Made by a program: the position numbers and the translations under genes. From assembly GCA_964016885.1 (NCBI GenBank), contig OZ024743.1, positions 145,762,001-145,826,000 of the forward strand: a stretch of DNA of 64,000 nt, read 5' to 3'. Each line of letters starts with the position of its first letter. The first letter of the stretch is position 1. Shown here in pieces: positions 10,625-21,989 of this stretch. Under the pieces are notes generated by a model, which was not told where the DNA came from, searched no databases, and was given only the letters and a program-made list of their open reading frames with translations. This stretch comes from Eledone cirrhosa. Lineage: Eukaryota.

Positions 10625-13600
10625 CTACAGGCGCATGATCAGAGTAGGCCCACTCACGCGGGCCATTCTCGCCACATTCACCCACCTTTCAGTAAATGTA
10701 CTGGGGGGCAGCACTTCTCTCTCCACCCTCACCTTCCTTTCCAAGTGAAACTTGAAGAAGTTGATGAGGGATTGGCCGAAGAGAAAAGTGTCTGTCTTCA
10801 GTCCTTTCAACCTGGTCCACCATGCAACCTCTTTCGCTACTGCCACCAGGCAGAGGAAAATTGCCTGCCCTTCCTGACCAAAAGAAGGCGGCGGGTCAAT
10901 CTTCACTATGGACTCGGACGATAGCCGGATCCGTTCTACACGCGACAATAGCTGTTCGACATAACCCCACAAGTCAGCAATGCACGGACACTGGACGAGT
11001 GCGTGCAGAACGGTTTCGTCGCTCTGCGCGCATCTCGGGCAGGTTCGTCTGACAGCACTTCCGTGCCTGTAGAGTTTATCCCGAACCGGCAGCGCCCCCC
11101 GGTAGCACTGCCAAGCGAGGGATTTCTGGAAGTTATCCATCGTCCCCGGCTCGAAAGTCCTCCGGAACATACTGGTCAGTTCTACTTCGTTGACGCCCAG
11201 AGCCTCTCCTAGTACGTCATCGCACTTGCCCTCCACTAATCCTCTATAGAAATCTTGAGTGGAAGTTCCACTGACCGCATTGCCCACCTTGCAGAGTGCA
11301 GTGAGCGCCTGGCAACATTCCAGATGCCAGTCGCCCAGTCTCGGTCTCTTCTTGACCCAGGACTGCAGCTCAGTCAAAGAGATGAGCTGCGGAAAGGCCC
11401 GTCTAACAAACGGCGACCACACCTGTTCACCGTTTAGGCAAAATATCTGGAGATGTCGCAGCCTCAGCGCATGTCTGCGCATCATTAGCCACGGCATGCC
11501 CAGCCCTCCACGAAGAGGGTGCTGGCAGCAGATGGACCGCCTCACCAACGGGACCCGTCCCCTCCACAAAAATTTGAAAAGGAGCCGTTCCAAATTGGCG
11601 AGACGTGGACGGGGGCAAGGCACGACGGTCAGGCGGTAGTAGATGACGGACGCGATGTACGCGTTCGCCACCTCCGCCCGCCCTTTCAGTGATAGCTTTC
11701 TCTCAGCCCATTTCTGGGTGAGGTTGGCTATCCTGCTCGTCACCTCGTCCCAATTCTTATCCACCTGGAGGTCTGGTCCGAACCAAACCCCGAGCAACTT
11801 TACCGGTCCGTCTGTCCAGCGCCCAACGACGCTGTTGGACGGCATGGACTTGCCTCTCCAGGTGCCGAGCTGCAAGCCCACCGACTTTTCCGGGTTAAGT
11901 TTTGCTCCCGTCAACCTTTCATATTCCTCCAAATGGGTGCGGATCACCTCGATTTCCGAGGTGTCCGACACCATCACGGTGATGTCGTCCGCATAAGCGG
12001 ACGCAGCCTTTCTACGTCCCGGTTCGAGCGGGATGCCCTGCAACAACTCCAGCTTCCGCAGTAGAGGCTCAAGAGTCAATACGTACAGAAGTGAGGAGAG
12101 AGGGCACCCTTGACGGACCGATCGAGAGATCTGAAACGGTTCCGAGAGGTGGCCATTAACTTTGACCACCGAGCAGATGCCGCTGTACATTGCAGCGATC
12201 CAGCTTCTGAAGACGGGGCCGAAGCCAGCCGCCTCGAGGACAGCCTCCAAGTACCGATGGTCGACCCTATCGAATGCTTTCGATTGATCTAAATTGATCA
12301 GAGCCCCACCGAAGCCAGGTTTGCACCCAACCCTCTCTATGATGTATCGCATGAGGTGGAGGTTGTCGTGTATGGACCTGGTCGGGATTGCACAAGTTTG
12401 CGCCTCCCCAACCAAATCTTTGACGACAAGCGCCAACCTTTTCGCTAACACCTTGGCCAAAATCTTAAACTCTGTGTTGAGCAGGGTTAGGGGCCTGAAA
12501 TTATCTAGTGTGTCCCTCTTGTTCTCGTCTTTCCTTATCAGCGTCACTACGCCACGGCTCACAGAACTGGGAATGCTCCCGTTCTGCTGCCAGTTGCAGT
12601 AGAGCGCTTAGAGGAGATCGGAGAACAAGTCTGGCATATTTACGTAAAGCTCGTAGGGCAGACCATCCAAACCGGGTGACTTGCGACTCGAGCAGCCGAC
12701 AAGGGCGTCCTGAATTTCGACTGATGTTATCGGCTCTTCGCAGCGCTCAGCGTCGGCCGTCGAGAGGCGTGGCAAGCCGTCGAGGTAGGGACTGAAGTCC
12801 GCCGCCGTCTCCGACTCACCCATCCTCCCGAACAATCGAGCAAAGTGCTGGCGAAAGGCCTCACACATCTGCTTGGAATCGCTCAGTTCGTGTCCATCTC
12901 GATCCGTCAAAGACCGAATTGTGGTTTTATTTCCACGCTGCGTCTCTGCAAAGCGAGCCCATCGGGCAGCTTTGGTTCCCTCGTTCCTCAGAGCACGCGC
13001 CTTAGCTCTGACAATGCAACCTTCGTGTTTCGCATTGAAGAAATGGTCTAGTGCCATTCTCGCCGCTAGCACGTCTGTTGCAATGCCACTACAAATAGCC
13101 TCGTCTAACTTAGCTATCAGCCCCTCCTCCTTTCTATTTTTCTCTATTGCTACTTCTTTGCTAAATCCTATCGAGGTTGCTCTAATCTCTCTTTTGAGTG
13201 CCCCCCACCACCTGTTGTTGACAACCCCCCCCTGTCAACTTTTGCTTAACTAAGTTGTTGACCCGGTCCCTGTAAGCTTTACGTGCCGGAAACGACATGT
13301 TTAGCTTCCAGTAGCTAGGTCCTAACCTACGTGTCTTATCTAGGTCGACCATACAGATCACAAGCTTGTGATCTGAATAGGCAACCGTTTTAAAATGTGG
13401 ACATCCTACACTATTTCTATCTCTTTTCCTAATGAAAATCCTATCTATGTACGATCTAGATGACCCTATGCGATTGGTCCAGGTCCATACTGGCGCATTA
13501 GGGAAATCTAGTCGGTACCTGTCAGACAGTTGAAACTGGCTGATCAGGTACTTGAGGCTTTTGCACCCCCCGCTCCTATCAGATACTCCCACACAATCCC

Positions 13601-14045
13601 AGCGTGCTTCTAAGATGCCATTCCAATCCCCTATTAACAGTAAAGGGCGAGACGTAAGCAGAAAGTTTTCCAGGCGCCTAAAGAAGTCCGGCCGACCGGC
13701 CCCAGTAGGGGCGTAGACGGCCACCAGTCTAAAGGCACCACCTTCGCTATTGCTCACGTCCAGGACCACCAACTTTCCGTCAGGATCCCGGAAGATTGAC
13801 CTTACCTCGAGATCCAGACATTTCCTAAACAGCACAGCCACTCCACCTCCCATTCCCGGCCGACTAACAGATGCAAAGATCTGATAATCGTCGAAAATCG
13901 GCGCCAGTGCGCGTGTGTCGGAAATTCTGGTCTCGCTGATGGCAATTACATCCATTCCTAGTGACCTGAGGTCGTTGAGCAAGTGACCTTGCTTCCAGGG
14001 CGACCCCAGGCCACGAACATTTAAACTTCCTACTCTTATGGCCAT
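10625..14045 (-). pseudogene. Tx1-type ORF2 (APE endonuclease, RT, C-terminal Cys domain) with one frameshift (~13225-13232) and one in-frame stop (12608-12610)
   Basis: SLNVRGL, ISET, VYAP, GDWN, YIDRIF, SDH; KSPGLDGLP; FRPLTLLN, LDQSKAFD, VRQGCPLS, YADD; CPRC...HALVQC. Confidence 0.9.
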
Positions 14046-14074
14046 GCTGGCAGGATGAATGGGAGAGGAAAGGT

Positions 14075-15985
14075 CTACTTACCTTCCGGGGTCTTGTGAA
14101 GGTCGGGTGGTTCGACCTCCATGGTTTGTGGGGTTTCTTTTGGGAACCCCTTTAATAGTCTTGACGTGGGTTTTACGTTCGGGGTTCCCACATCCCGAGG
14201 AAAGCTCTTTCGAATTTCTTTGTATGAAGCGAGCGACATTCGCATCAGAAGCAAATTATCTGGTACGCGAAATGTGCTCGCTTCAAATGTTTCCCCGTCT
14301 TTTTCGATGTTTGTGCTTCGTGCTACATGGGCCATCAATTCCTTGTTGGCCCTTCTGGCAAGCACGAAGTTTTTAATGTTTTGTTGCTCGGGTTTTATTT
14401 GTTCGTGTGATTGTGGTGGTGATAGCTTTGTTAGTGTTGTTTCTATTGTGTCTGCGTTTGTTGTGGGTGGGGTGTCTGTAGTTTCTGATGTTTGTGTGTC
14501 TATTTGTTCTTGTGTCTGTTTAGCTTGTTTGCGTTTGGGGGATTTTGGTGGTTGTGTTGGTGATGCTGTGGGGAAAATGTTTGTGTGGGTGGTGTGTGTA
14601 TTTTTTTTTGTGGGGGTGTCTGTGCTTTGTGGATTTCTTTTTTTTTTGTGTTTTGTTTTTTGTATTTTGGGGGACTTTGGTTTTCCCTCATCTTCACTGC
14701 TGGAGGATGAGGGGTCTGTGGCTGTGAGCGTGTTTGTGTCTGAGTGAGTGTTTATGTTCTTGTTCGTGTGTGTATTTTGGGGGGGAGGGGGAATGGGAGA
14801 GCTTTCCTCGTTTCCCCCCTGGGTGTGCAATTTTGGTGGTTCCATTGTTGACGGTGTTGCTGGTGGTCCTTGTCCCGGCGTCGCCAGCAGTGGAATCTTT
14901 CGACCCCTTGCGCTTTTCGGCAGTTGAGGGCAGAAGGCTCGCAAGTGTGTCGTTTCCCCACAAAGGAAACAATGCGGCCTTTTGCCCTCAGTCATTATAT
15001 GCAACACCCTCCCGTTTTGGAGGCGGATGTGGTCCGGGATTGCTTTTACGTTTTCGGGTCTGATTTGGAGCAGTATCTCCAGATCAACCCCGGACCAGTC
15101 GTCCCTGGCAGTTCTCGTTGCCTCTACCGGGACTGTATCCGTTCCTTCCACGATTACGCAACCCAGGAGCCACCACATATCAAGTCCTGGTGGAATCCTG
15201 GGAATGCGCACACGTGCTATTCGTTTTCCCATGTGGGAGGGGTACATTATGACCTTGCTGGTTTTGCAAGGGGTCATTGAATGCTTCACAGCGAGGGCTT
15301 CAGACTTGAACAGCACCGAAACGGTGCCGTATTGCCTGCCCCTCTCTATGAAGTCTGTGTCCTCTCTGATGTATTTCAGTGCGGCTTCTATATCAGCTTG
15401 GGCGATTATCGCTGCCCTCTTTGTCTCTACTGAGATGCATCTGAAATGCACCGTTCTTTTTTCCACTGCCTCAATGGCTTCTGCCGGGACAGTTAAGTTT
15501 GCCCAGGTCTGCTCTTGATTTATGATTTTCCAGGCCTGGGCCAACTTTTCCTCTCTGTTGGTTAAGTCGATGCTGTAGCATGGTCTCCTTTTAGCCGCTG
15601 CCACAGCAGCGAAGGTGTTCTTGTTGGTGTTGTCACTGTTGTTGTTCTTGTTGGTGTTGCTGCTGCTATTGCTGTTGTTGTTCTCCCCTGTGTCGTGGTT
15701 ACCCTCTGTGCTGTTGGCCTTGTTGGTGCTGTTGCTGTCGCTACTATTACTCTCTGTGCTGTTCGTTTTGTTGGTGCTCTCGCTATTACCACCTTCTGCG
15801 CTGTTCGGCTTGTTGGTGTTGGTGTTGTCGCTGTTACCACCTTCCGCGCCGCTCGGCCCGTTGGTGCTGGCACTGTCGCTGCTCACATTCGTGCTGGTGG
15901 CGCTCCTCGCCTCACCTCTCCTCTCAACGCTCAAGTCGCCGTTGCACGACAGCAGACCCGCCTCTAGGGGGCGTGGCTCCGCCAT
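14075..15985 (-). CDS. Tx1-type ORF1 (636 aa), zinc-knuckle nucleic-acid-binding protein with low-complexity ends
   Basis: CFLCGETTHLRAFC knuckle (CX2CX4HX4C); stop lies 29 nt before the ORF2 ATG; N/S/T-rich repeats. Confidence 0.85.
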   Translation of the reverse strand: MAEPRPLEAGLLSCNGDLSVERRGEARSATSTNVSSDSASTNGPSGAEGGNSDNTNTNKPNSAEGGNSESTNKTNSTESNSSDSNSTNKANSTEGNHDTGENNNSNSSSNTNKNNNSDNTNKNTFAAVAAAKRRPCYSIDLTNREEKLAQAWKIINQEQTWANLTVPAEAIEAVEKRTVHFRCISVETKRAAIIAQADIEAALKYIREDTDFIERGRQYGTVSVLFKSEALAVKHSMTPCKTSKVIMYPSHMGKRIARVRIPRIPPGLDMWWLLGCVIVEGTDTVPVEATRTARDDWSGVDLEILLQIRPENVKAIPDHIRLQNGRVLHIMTEGKRPHCFLCGETTHLRAFCPQLPKSARGRKIPLLATPGQGPPATPSTMEPPKLHTQGGNEESSPIPPPPQNTHTNKNINTHSDTNTLTATDPSSSSSEDEGKPKSPKIQKTKHKKKRNPQSTDTPTKKNTHTTHTNIFPTASPTQPPKSPKRKQAKQTQEQIDTQTSETTDTPPTTNADTIETTLTKLSPPQSHEQIKPEQQNIKNFVLARRANKELMAHVARSTNIEKDGETFEASTFRVPDNLLLMRMSLASYKEIRKSFPRDVGTPNVKPTSRLLKGFPKETPQTMEVEPPDLHKTPEGK

Positions 15986-16196
15986 GTTTTTTTGAGAAAA
16001 AAATTATTATTTTTTTTCAAAATAAAGTTCAAATATTTGGGCCAAAAGGCCCAAATATTATGAGTTATTCCTTCACAGGATACAAATTAATGTCTTATAA
16101 TGCTTCAGCGGTACAAAAAATAAACAATTCTCTACAATTAATCCTCAAAAAATTGCTTACTCACGGAGCTTCAAAAAACGTACATCCACTTTCGTC

Positions 16197-16228
<32 letters not shown>

Positions 16229-16306
16229 CAATAATAATAATAACGACAACAACAATAATAATATACATATACATATATATATACACACACACGCACACAC
16301 ATAAGC

Positions 16307-16342
<36 letters not shown>

Positions 16343-16344
<2 letters not shown>

Positions 16345-17655
16345 GATAGCAACTAACAGCGTTGCGATCGAATGTGGCTTTTTAGCCCAGCCAATGATCT
16401 AAAATGTCTTGCACAGAGTCGGCAACCAAAACATTCACTGGGAATAGTCGGCTGTGGTTGGAGTTCGTGTACTTTTGCATGTCGCTTGGGCCCTCCTGCT
16501 GATTTACATTCTCTACCACATGTTTGACAAGCATGATGAGTAGCATCTCCAACAGCAGCCTGGTAGTCAACCACTGGTCTTACTTTATGACTGCGAAGAT
16601 GACTTTCGAGTCCAGCTTTGCTTAGGCAGAGTCTCGCACATACGCTGCATGTCAGCACCATAGGAGGACCCTCGCCGTCTGGAAGTGCAACAGCAATGCC
16701 CTTCCTCACATCCCGCTTTACTTTCTCGTATGCGATTCGAGATGCCTCAAAGGCAACTTTTCCCTCATATACAGTCTTTCTCCATTTATTACGATCAGCA
16801 GCAATATTCTCCCATGTATCAGCAGAGATGTTAGGGTCTTTCAGAGAGGCTTTCAAGGAATCCTTATACCTCTTTTTTGGTTTATGTGGCGGTCGTTTTC
16901 CTTTAACCAACTCTCCATAAAAGAGTTGTTTTGGTATTCTAGAATCCTTCATCCTGGCAAGGTGACCACTCCAACGGAGTCGTTGCTTAAGCACAAGAGC
17001 TTCTATACTGTCACACATAGAGCTTTCCAAAATCTCGACATCACTGATGTGGTCCCTCCAGTGAACGCCATGGATCCGTCTGAGATACATCTGATGGAAA
17101 CGCTCCAATTGCTTAAGGTGGTGTCGATATGTGATCCAGGTCTCGCAGGCATAAAGAAGACAAGAGAGCACACATGCCCTGTACACCTTTACCTTTGTCC
17201 TCCTGCATATGTCTCGCCGACCCCAGAGTCGCCTTTCTAGCTTTCCGAAAGCATCACTTGCTTTCCTAATCCTAAGTGAGATTTCACTGTAAAGGTTGCT
17301 GTATCGATTGACAGTGCTTCCCAGATAGACAAACTGATCAACCACTCCAAGTCGTTTGCCATACACATAGATGTTTGGTTCAGTGTACTGCTTACCAGGG
17401 GCAGGTTGGTACATGACGACGGTTTTCTTGAGACTGACAGTCAGACCTAGGGCAGTGCAAGCGTCAGAAAATGCATTCAAAATGTGCTGCATATCACTCT
17501 CTGTGTGCGCTACAAGATCGCAATCATCTGCATACAAGAGGTCTCTTATGATTGATGTAAATACTTTTGTCTTCGCAGCAAAGCGCCTGATGCTAAATAT
17601 GCTGCCTGAGGATCGATATCGGATGTAAACACCATGCTCGCAATTCCTGAATGCA
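16343..17655 (-). mobile_element. 5'-truncated RTE LINE with three C-terminal C2H2-type zinc fingers
   Basis: LLYADDC, FVYLGS, LLYACETW, LRWSGH, CSVC...HLRSH, CQTC...HAKVH, CRLC...KSH; 5' junction in (TATG)n. Confidence 0.9.
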
Positions 17656-17744
17656 ATACATACATACATACATACATACATACATACATACATACATACA
17701 TACATACATACATACATACATACATACATACATACATACATACA

Positions 17745-18270
17745 TGGTGGCTGCCAACTCGTTCACATCCGACGTAAGTTGTATTTCATCGGCTTTGTTA
17801 TTCCACCACTTATTCTTCATTTCACGCAAATTTTTTATATATATACATACATATATGGTGGCTGCCAACTCGCTTTCGAGTACGGCCACTACTTTATATC
17901 CATGTAGGAGAACTCCTACCGATGCGCTGAACGAGTGTGACTTTTTAGTCCAGCCAGCGACTTGAAAACTCTGGTACAAACACTACACTTGTGACAATTA
18001 TTGACACATAGTGCTGGACCCATGGTACCATGTGACGACAATTGCAGAGAGATCTCCATATATAAAGCAATGCCTGTGCCGTGAAGCTTATATAGTGAGC
18101 AAAGGCACTGTACAAAGCCAGTCCCACTCTCTTAACCAAGATGATATTTACCAAAAAGAAGAACAAGTCAACTTCATTGGATACCATCAGGGTTGCAGGT
18201 GTTATATCAGAGTTTTCCTTCTCCTAGAATTCTGCCTTGACAAGGGCTAAGGTGTCATCTCTCCTGGACA
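17745..18270 (-). mobile_element. Bipartite RTE-derived non-autonomous element plus fused short RTE fragment and a second tail
   Basis: Near-identical to copies at 35843, 38882 and 41058; KNLREMKNKWW fragment at ~17765-17835. Confidence 0.85.
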
Positions 18271-18408
18271 TACATACATACATACATACATATTATTTCC
18301 CAAAATACAAAAATAGAATGCATTTCGAAGCGGTAGTCTTATTAGATTGGTGAACATACTGATGATTAGAGCTTTATGTATGAAAAAACAATTCGAGGCA
18401 TATATATA

Positions 18409-18467
<59 letters not shown>

Positions 18468-18474
18468 TATATAT

Positions 18475-18945
18475 AGTAAGAAACACAGTAAACCGTGTGT
18501 CTAATATTACAAGGGTTGAAAGACCACATTTGTTTGAAATATTTAACCATGAAGCAGACAGAAATTTATATTTCGGCTCCCTCATGAGGTGAGCTTATTA
18601 AGTTGCGTGTGTTGGACTGTTGTTTCTAACCAATACACTCATACCACTTTTGACTTGCGGCGCACGAGGTGATAAATTCATCTTTCTGTGTGAACGTTGG
18701 TACATAGTGTTTGTCGCATTTAATCAGATTCTCTCGCTGATGATGCCCATGATTATCTGTTGCAAACACACTCAGGGCGAAACAGATTATCCCTAATCTG
18801 TCCGAGAGATATAATTGTTATTGAGGCGGTTTGTATAATATAATTTTATTTTATCATTCTGTCTGCTTCTTGGTTAAATATTTCAAACAAATGTGGTCTT
18901 TCAACCCTTGTAATATTAGACACACGGTTTACTGTGTTTCTTACT
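18475..18945. mobile_element. Element with ~89-bp terminal inverted repeats around a hammerhead ribozyme, in (TA)n
   Basis: 18475-18563 is the near-perfect reverse complement of 18857-18945. Confidence 0.8.
18730..18809 (+). ncRNA. Type I hammerhead ribozyme with complete core
   Basis: TCTCTCG-CTGATGA-T-GCCC..GGGC-GAAA-CAGATTA(TCCC)TAATCTG-TC-CGAGAGA; predicted GUC cleavage after 18802. Confidence 0.85.
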
Positions 18946-19134
18946 ACATATATATTATTATTATAATGCTCAGTATTTATACTTGGAGCTTAATGATTAC
19001 AGGGTTTCAATAAGAGTTATTAACTCTAATTTTCATTTATATATATATGTAGGAGGTGAGTTTTATTGTAGTACAATAAAGCAATGCAGATATCGGATAA
19101 GAAGCACTCTACAGTTTGTGGGACTGGAGTATGC

Positions 19135-19310
19135 ATAATATAAGATCAAAAGATGGTTAAAGGAGTTCAATATATTTTATTATGCGCATTTCAAAAACAA
19201 ACATCATCAAACAATAATATTTGAAAACACAAATATTATTGTTTGATGATGTTTGTTTTTGAAATGCGCATAATAAAATATATTGAACTCCTTTAACCAT
19301 CTTTTGATCT

Positions 19311-19318
<8 letters not shown>
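19135..19318. repeat. Perfect fold-back palindrome (~88-bp arms, ~6-nt loop)
   Basis: Arms are exact reverse complements; single-arm relative at ~23330-23515. Confidence 0.9.
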
Positions 19319-19389
<71 letters not shown>

Positions 19390-19545
19390 ATTAATAACAC
19401 AGCCAACGCTCTACTGTAAAATTAAATGTGTGCACTCTAAACAGGTGATTGCAGGTGCATAACTGCAATTCACCAGATTTGTTGAGTGAGCTAGACGCTG
19501 GCCGAAGGGCGCTGTATTTATACCAGCGATCTTCGTTAATATTGT

Positions 19546-19625
<80 letters not shown>

Positions 19626-19712
19626 GTATTTCCGTAGAAAGGGTAAAGGAAAGAAGAGTGCTCTATGTATTTTTATATATGCTTTTATGAACTGTTATTT
19701 TTATTCTTAAAT

Positions 19713-19900
19713 AATTGTTTCTACTTTAGCCACAAGGCCAGCAATTATCCAGTGCATTACTGGTACTTTATTTTATCGACCCCGTAAGGATGAAAGGCAA
19801 AATCAACCTCGGCGGGATTTGAACTCAGATCGTAAAGAGACGTAACTATGCTGGAAAGCATGGCGTCCGACCCTCTACCGATACTGCCAATCCACCGCCT
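19713..19900 (-). mobile_element. Nin-domain tRNA-derived SINE
   Basis: TTTGCCTTTCATCCTTACGGGGTCGATAAAATAAAGTACCAG on the minus strand; multiple copies in window. Confidence 0.8.
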
Positions 19901-20004
19901 TAAATAATATCTATACATGTCTTTTCATATATATATATATATATGCGTGTGTGTTTATTGTCGTGAGTGTGTATATATTGATAGACACATTTTTCAAATG
20001 CAGG

Positions 20005-20571
20005 TGGGTGTTATAGAAGTGGTTGATAGCTTTCTGTACCTAGGTGATCAGATTAGCATGGGAGGGGGTGTTCCGAGGACATAGTATCTAGAATAGGGAG
20101 CTGCTTCCTCTGCCGACGAAGAAGGGTTTCTCCCTGCGTACGAAAGGCCGGTTATATGATGCCTGTGTGAGGTGCGCGATGCTGCGTGGTAGTGAGACAT
20201 GGGCAGCAACTGCAGAGGATATGTGACGGCTGGAGAGAAATGAGGCAAGCATGCTCCGTTGGATGTGCAATGGCAATGTGCGTGAACGACCGAGCATGGA
20301 TGTGTTGAGAGAGAAACTGTCTGAGAAGGATAAATTGTTGTGTGCAGGAGAGGAGACTGCGATGGTATGGACATGTGATGCGCATGGAGGATGACCGATG
20401 GGTGAAGAAGTGCCAAGAAATGCCAGTTGAAGGAAGACGTGGTAGAGGTAGACCACAAAAAACATGGGCGGAGGTGGTGAGAGCAGACCTCAGATCGCTG
20501 AAGCTCACAGTGGAGATGACAAAGTATGGTGCAAGCAGGGAAAAGCGGACGTAAAATGATGATGATGATGA

Positions 20572-20575
<4 letters not shown>
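20005..20575 (+). mobile_element. Decayed 3' part of an RTE LINE (GAT-tailed family)
   Basis: GSETWA, ERRLRWYGHVMRME, GRGRPQKTW; (GAT)n tail. Confidence 0.8.
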
Positions 20576-20630
<55 letters not shown>

Positions 20631-20708
20631 TTGTGTGTGTACTTGTGTATGTGCATTTACATACACGCATATGTATGTTTGTACGTATGTATGTGTACGT
20701 GTATGTAT

Positions 20709-20792
<84 letters not shown>

Positions 20793-21300
20793 TAGTATAT
20801 CTACTAACATATGCGTACAGATGTACGCTAATGCCAGCAAATACACAGGTTATGTCATAGTATATATACTAAATTCTCTATATTTATCTCCAAATCACTT
20901 ATTTGTCGAGCAAACCTGCCAAAACCACTACTAATTTTTTGGTGTGTTAGTAGGCTTCTGTCATCTTACCATCCCACTCCTACCGACTAGCCTCAGTGTC
21001 ACGTGATTGATTCTTTAGAATCTGCCATTTGACCAGTGACAGCGAGATTTTCAGTACATGGAATCCAGTCCCCGCTAGCTGTTCCATTTACCGAATTATT
21101 ATTATTTTTATATGAGTCCCCAGTGTCCGCGCATTGCCTGGAGACTTAGCTGAGAATAGACCTCCCTGATGACGCAATGAATTCTCAACAGTTTATTACG
21201 TAACTGTCTTTGTCCCATTGCAGAAACTAATTAGTTGGAATGAAAATTTTAGTAAGTAAGTTAATTTTTTTTAATTTTTTTAAAATTTTCTTATTTTACG

Positions 21301-21339
<39 letters not shown>

Positions 21340-21340
<1 letters not shown>

Positions 21341-21774
21341 TCATCCTCATCATCATCATCATCACCGTTTTACGTCCGTTCTTCCACGCTAGCATAGGTT
21401 AGACGGGTTGTCCTGTTGTGGGCAGTGTCCAGTCGGCTGACCTTGTCTTGCTCATACAGGAACTGATTCTGGCTTGATTTCTACAGCTGGATGCCCTTCC
21501 TAACACCAACCTCATTTACAATGAGTGCTGGGTGGTTTTTTTCCGTGACGCCTAGACGTCCACTTTACAGTGTGGGCTGGGTGCTTTTTTGCCGTGGCGC
21601 CTCCACGACCACTTTGCAGTGTGTGTGTGGGGGGGGGGGGCATATTGTCCATATGCTTCAGCTTCGGTTTGTTCCTGTGGGAAGTCGGGTCTTCTGTATT
21701 ATTGCGTGACGCCAGAGGTCACGGTCGTGTATCATCGCCCTTGAGAGGTGCAATTGGGTAAGGTCGGCCTTTAT
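21340..21774 (-). mobile_element. 3' end of GAT-tailed RTE family, cut by the gap
   Basis: GGATGCCCTTCCTAACACCAACC motif shared with 61225-61565 and 63810-64000; (CAT)n on plus strand. Confidence 0.7.
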
Positions 21775-21974
21775 NNNNNNNNNNNNNNNNNNNNNNNNNN
21801 NNNNNNNNNNNNNNNNNNNNNNNNNNNNNNNNNNNNNNNNNNNNNNNNNNNNNNNNNNNNNNNNNNNNNNNNNNNNNNNNNNNNNNNNNNNNNNNNNNNN
21901 NNNNNNNNNNNNNNNNNNNNNNNNNNNNNNNNNNNNNNNNNNNNNNNNNNNNNNNNNNNNNNNNNNNNNNNNNN
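21775..21974. other. Assembly gap (200 N)
   Basis: Run of n. Confidence 1.
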
Positions 21975-21989
21975 TAAATGCCAATAGCC

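Larger units (their letters stand above)
10364..16197 (-). mobile_element. Near full-length Tx1/L1-clade LINE (ORF1 + ORF2) in ATT/TAA repeats
   Basis: Two-ORF layout; minus-strand 3' end GGCCAATAAATGAAATCATTATT; 5' end abuts (TAA)n from ~16197. Confidence 0.9.

Noticed and set aside
10822-15995. Many plus-strand ORFs over the Tx1 element, including the Leu-rich 15615-15995
   Set aside because: Antisense shadows of ORF1 and ORF2
17945-18250. Recurrent ~80-aa ORFs (MVSNDVDLFFF..., MLGPWYHVTT...) in four places, resembling a small gene family
   Set aside because: Incidental frames in copies of the bipartite retroposon; conservation reflects recent copying
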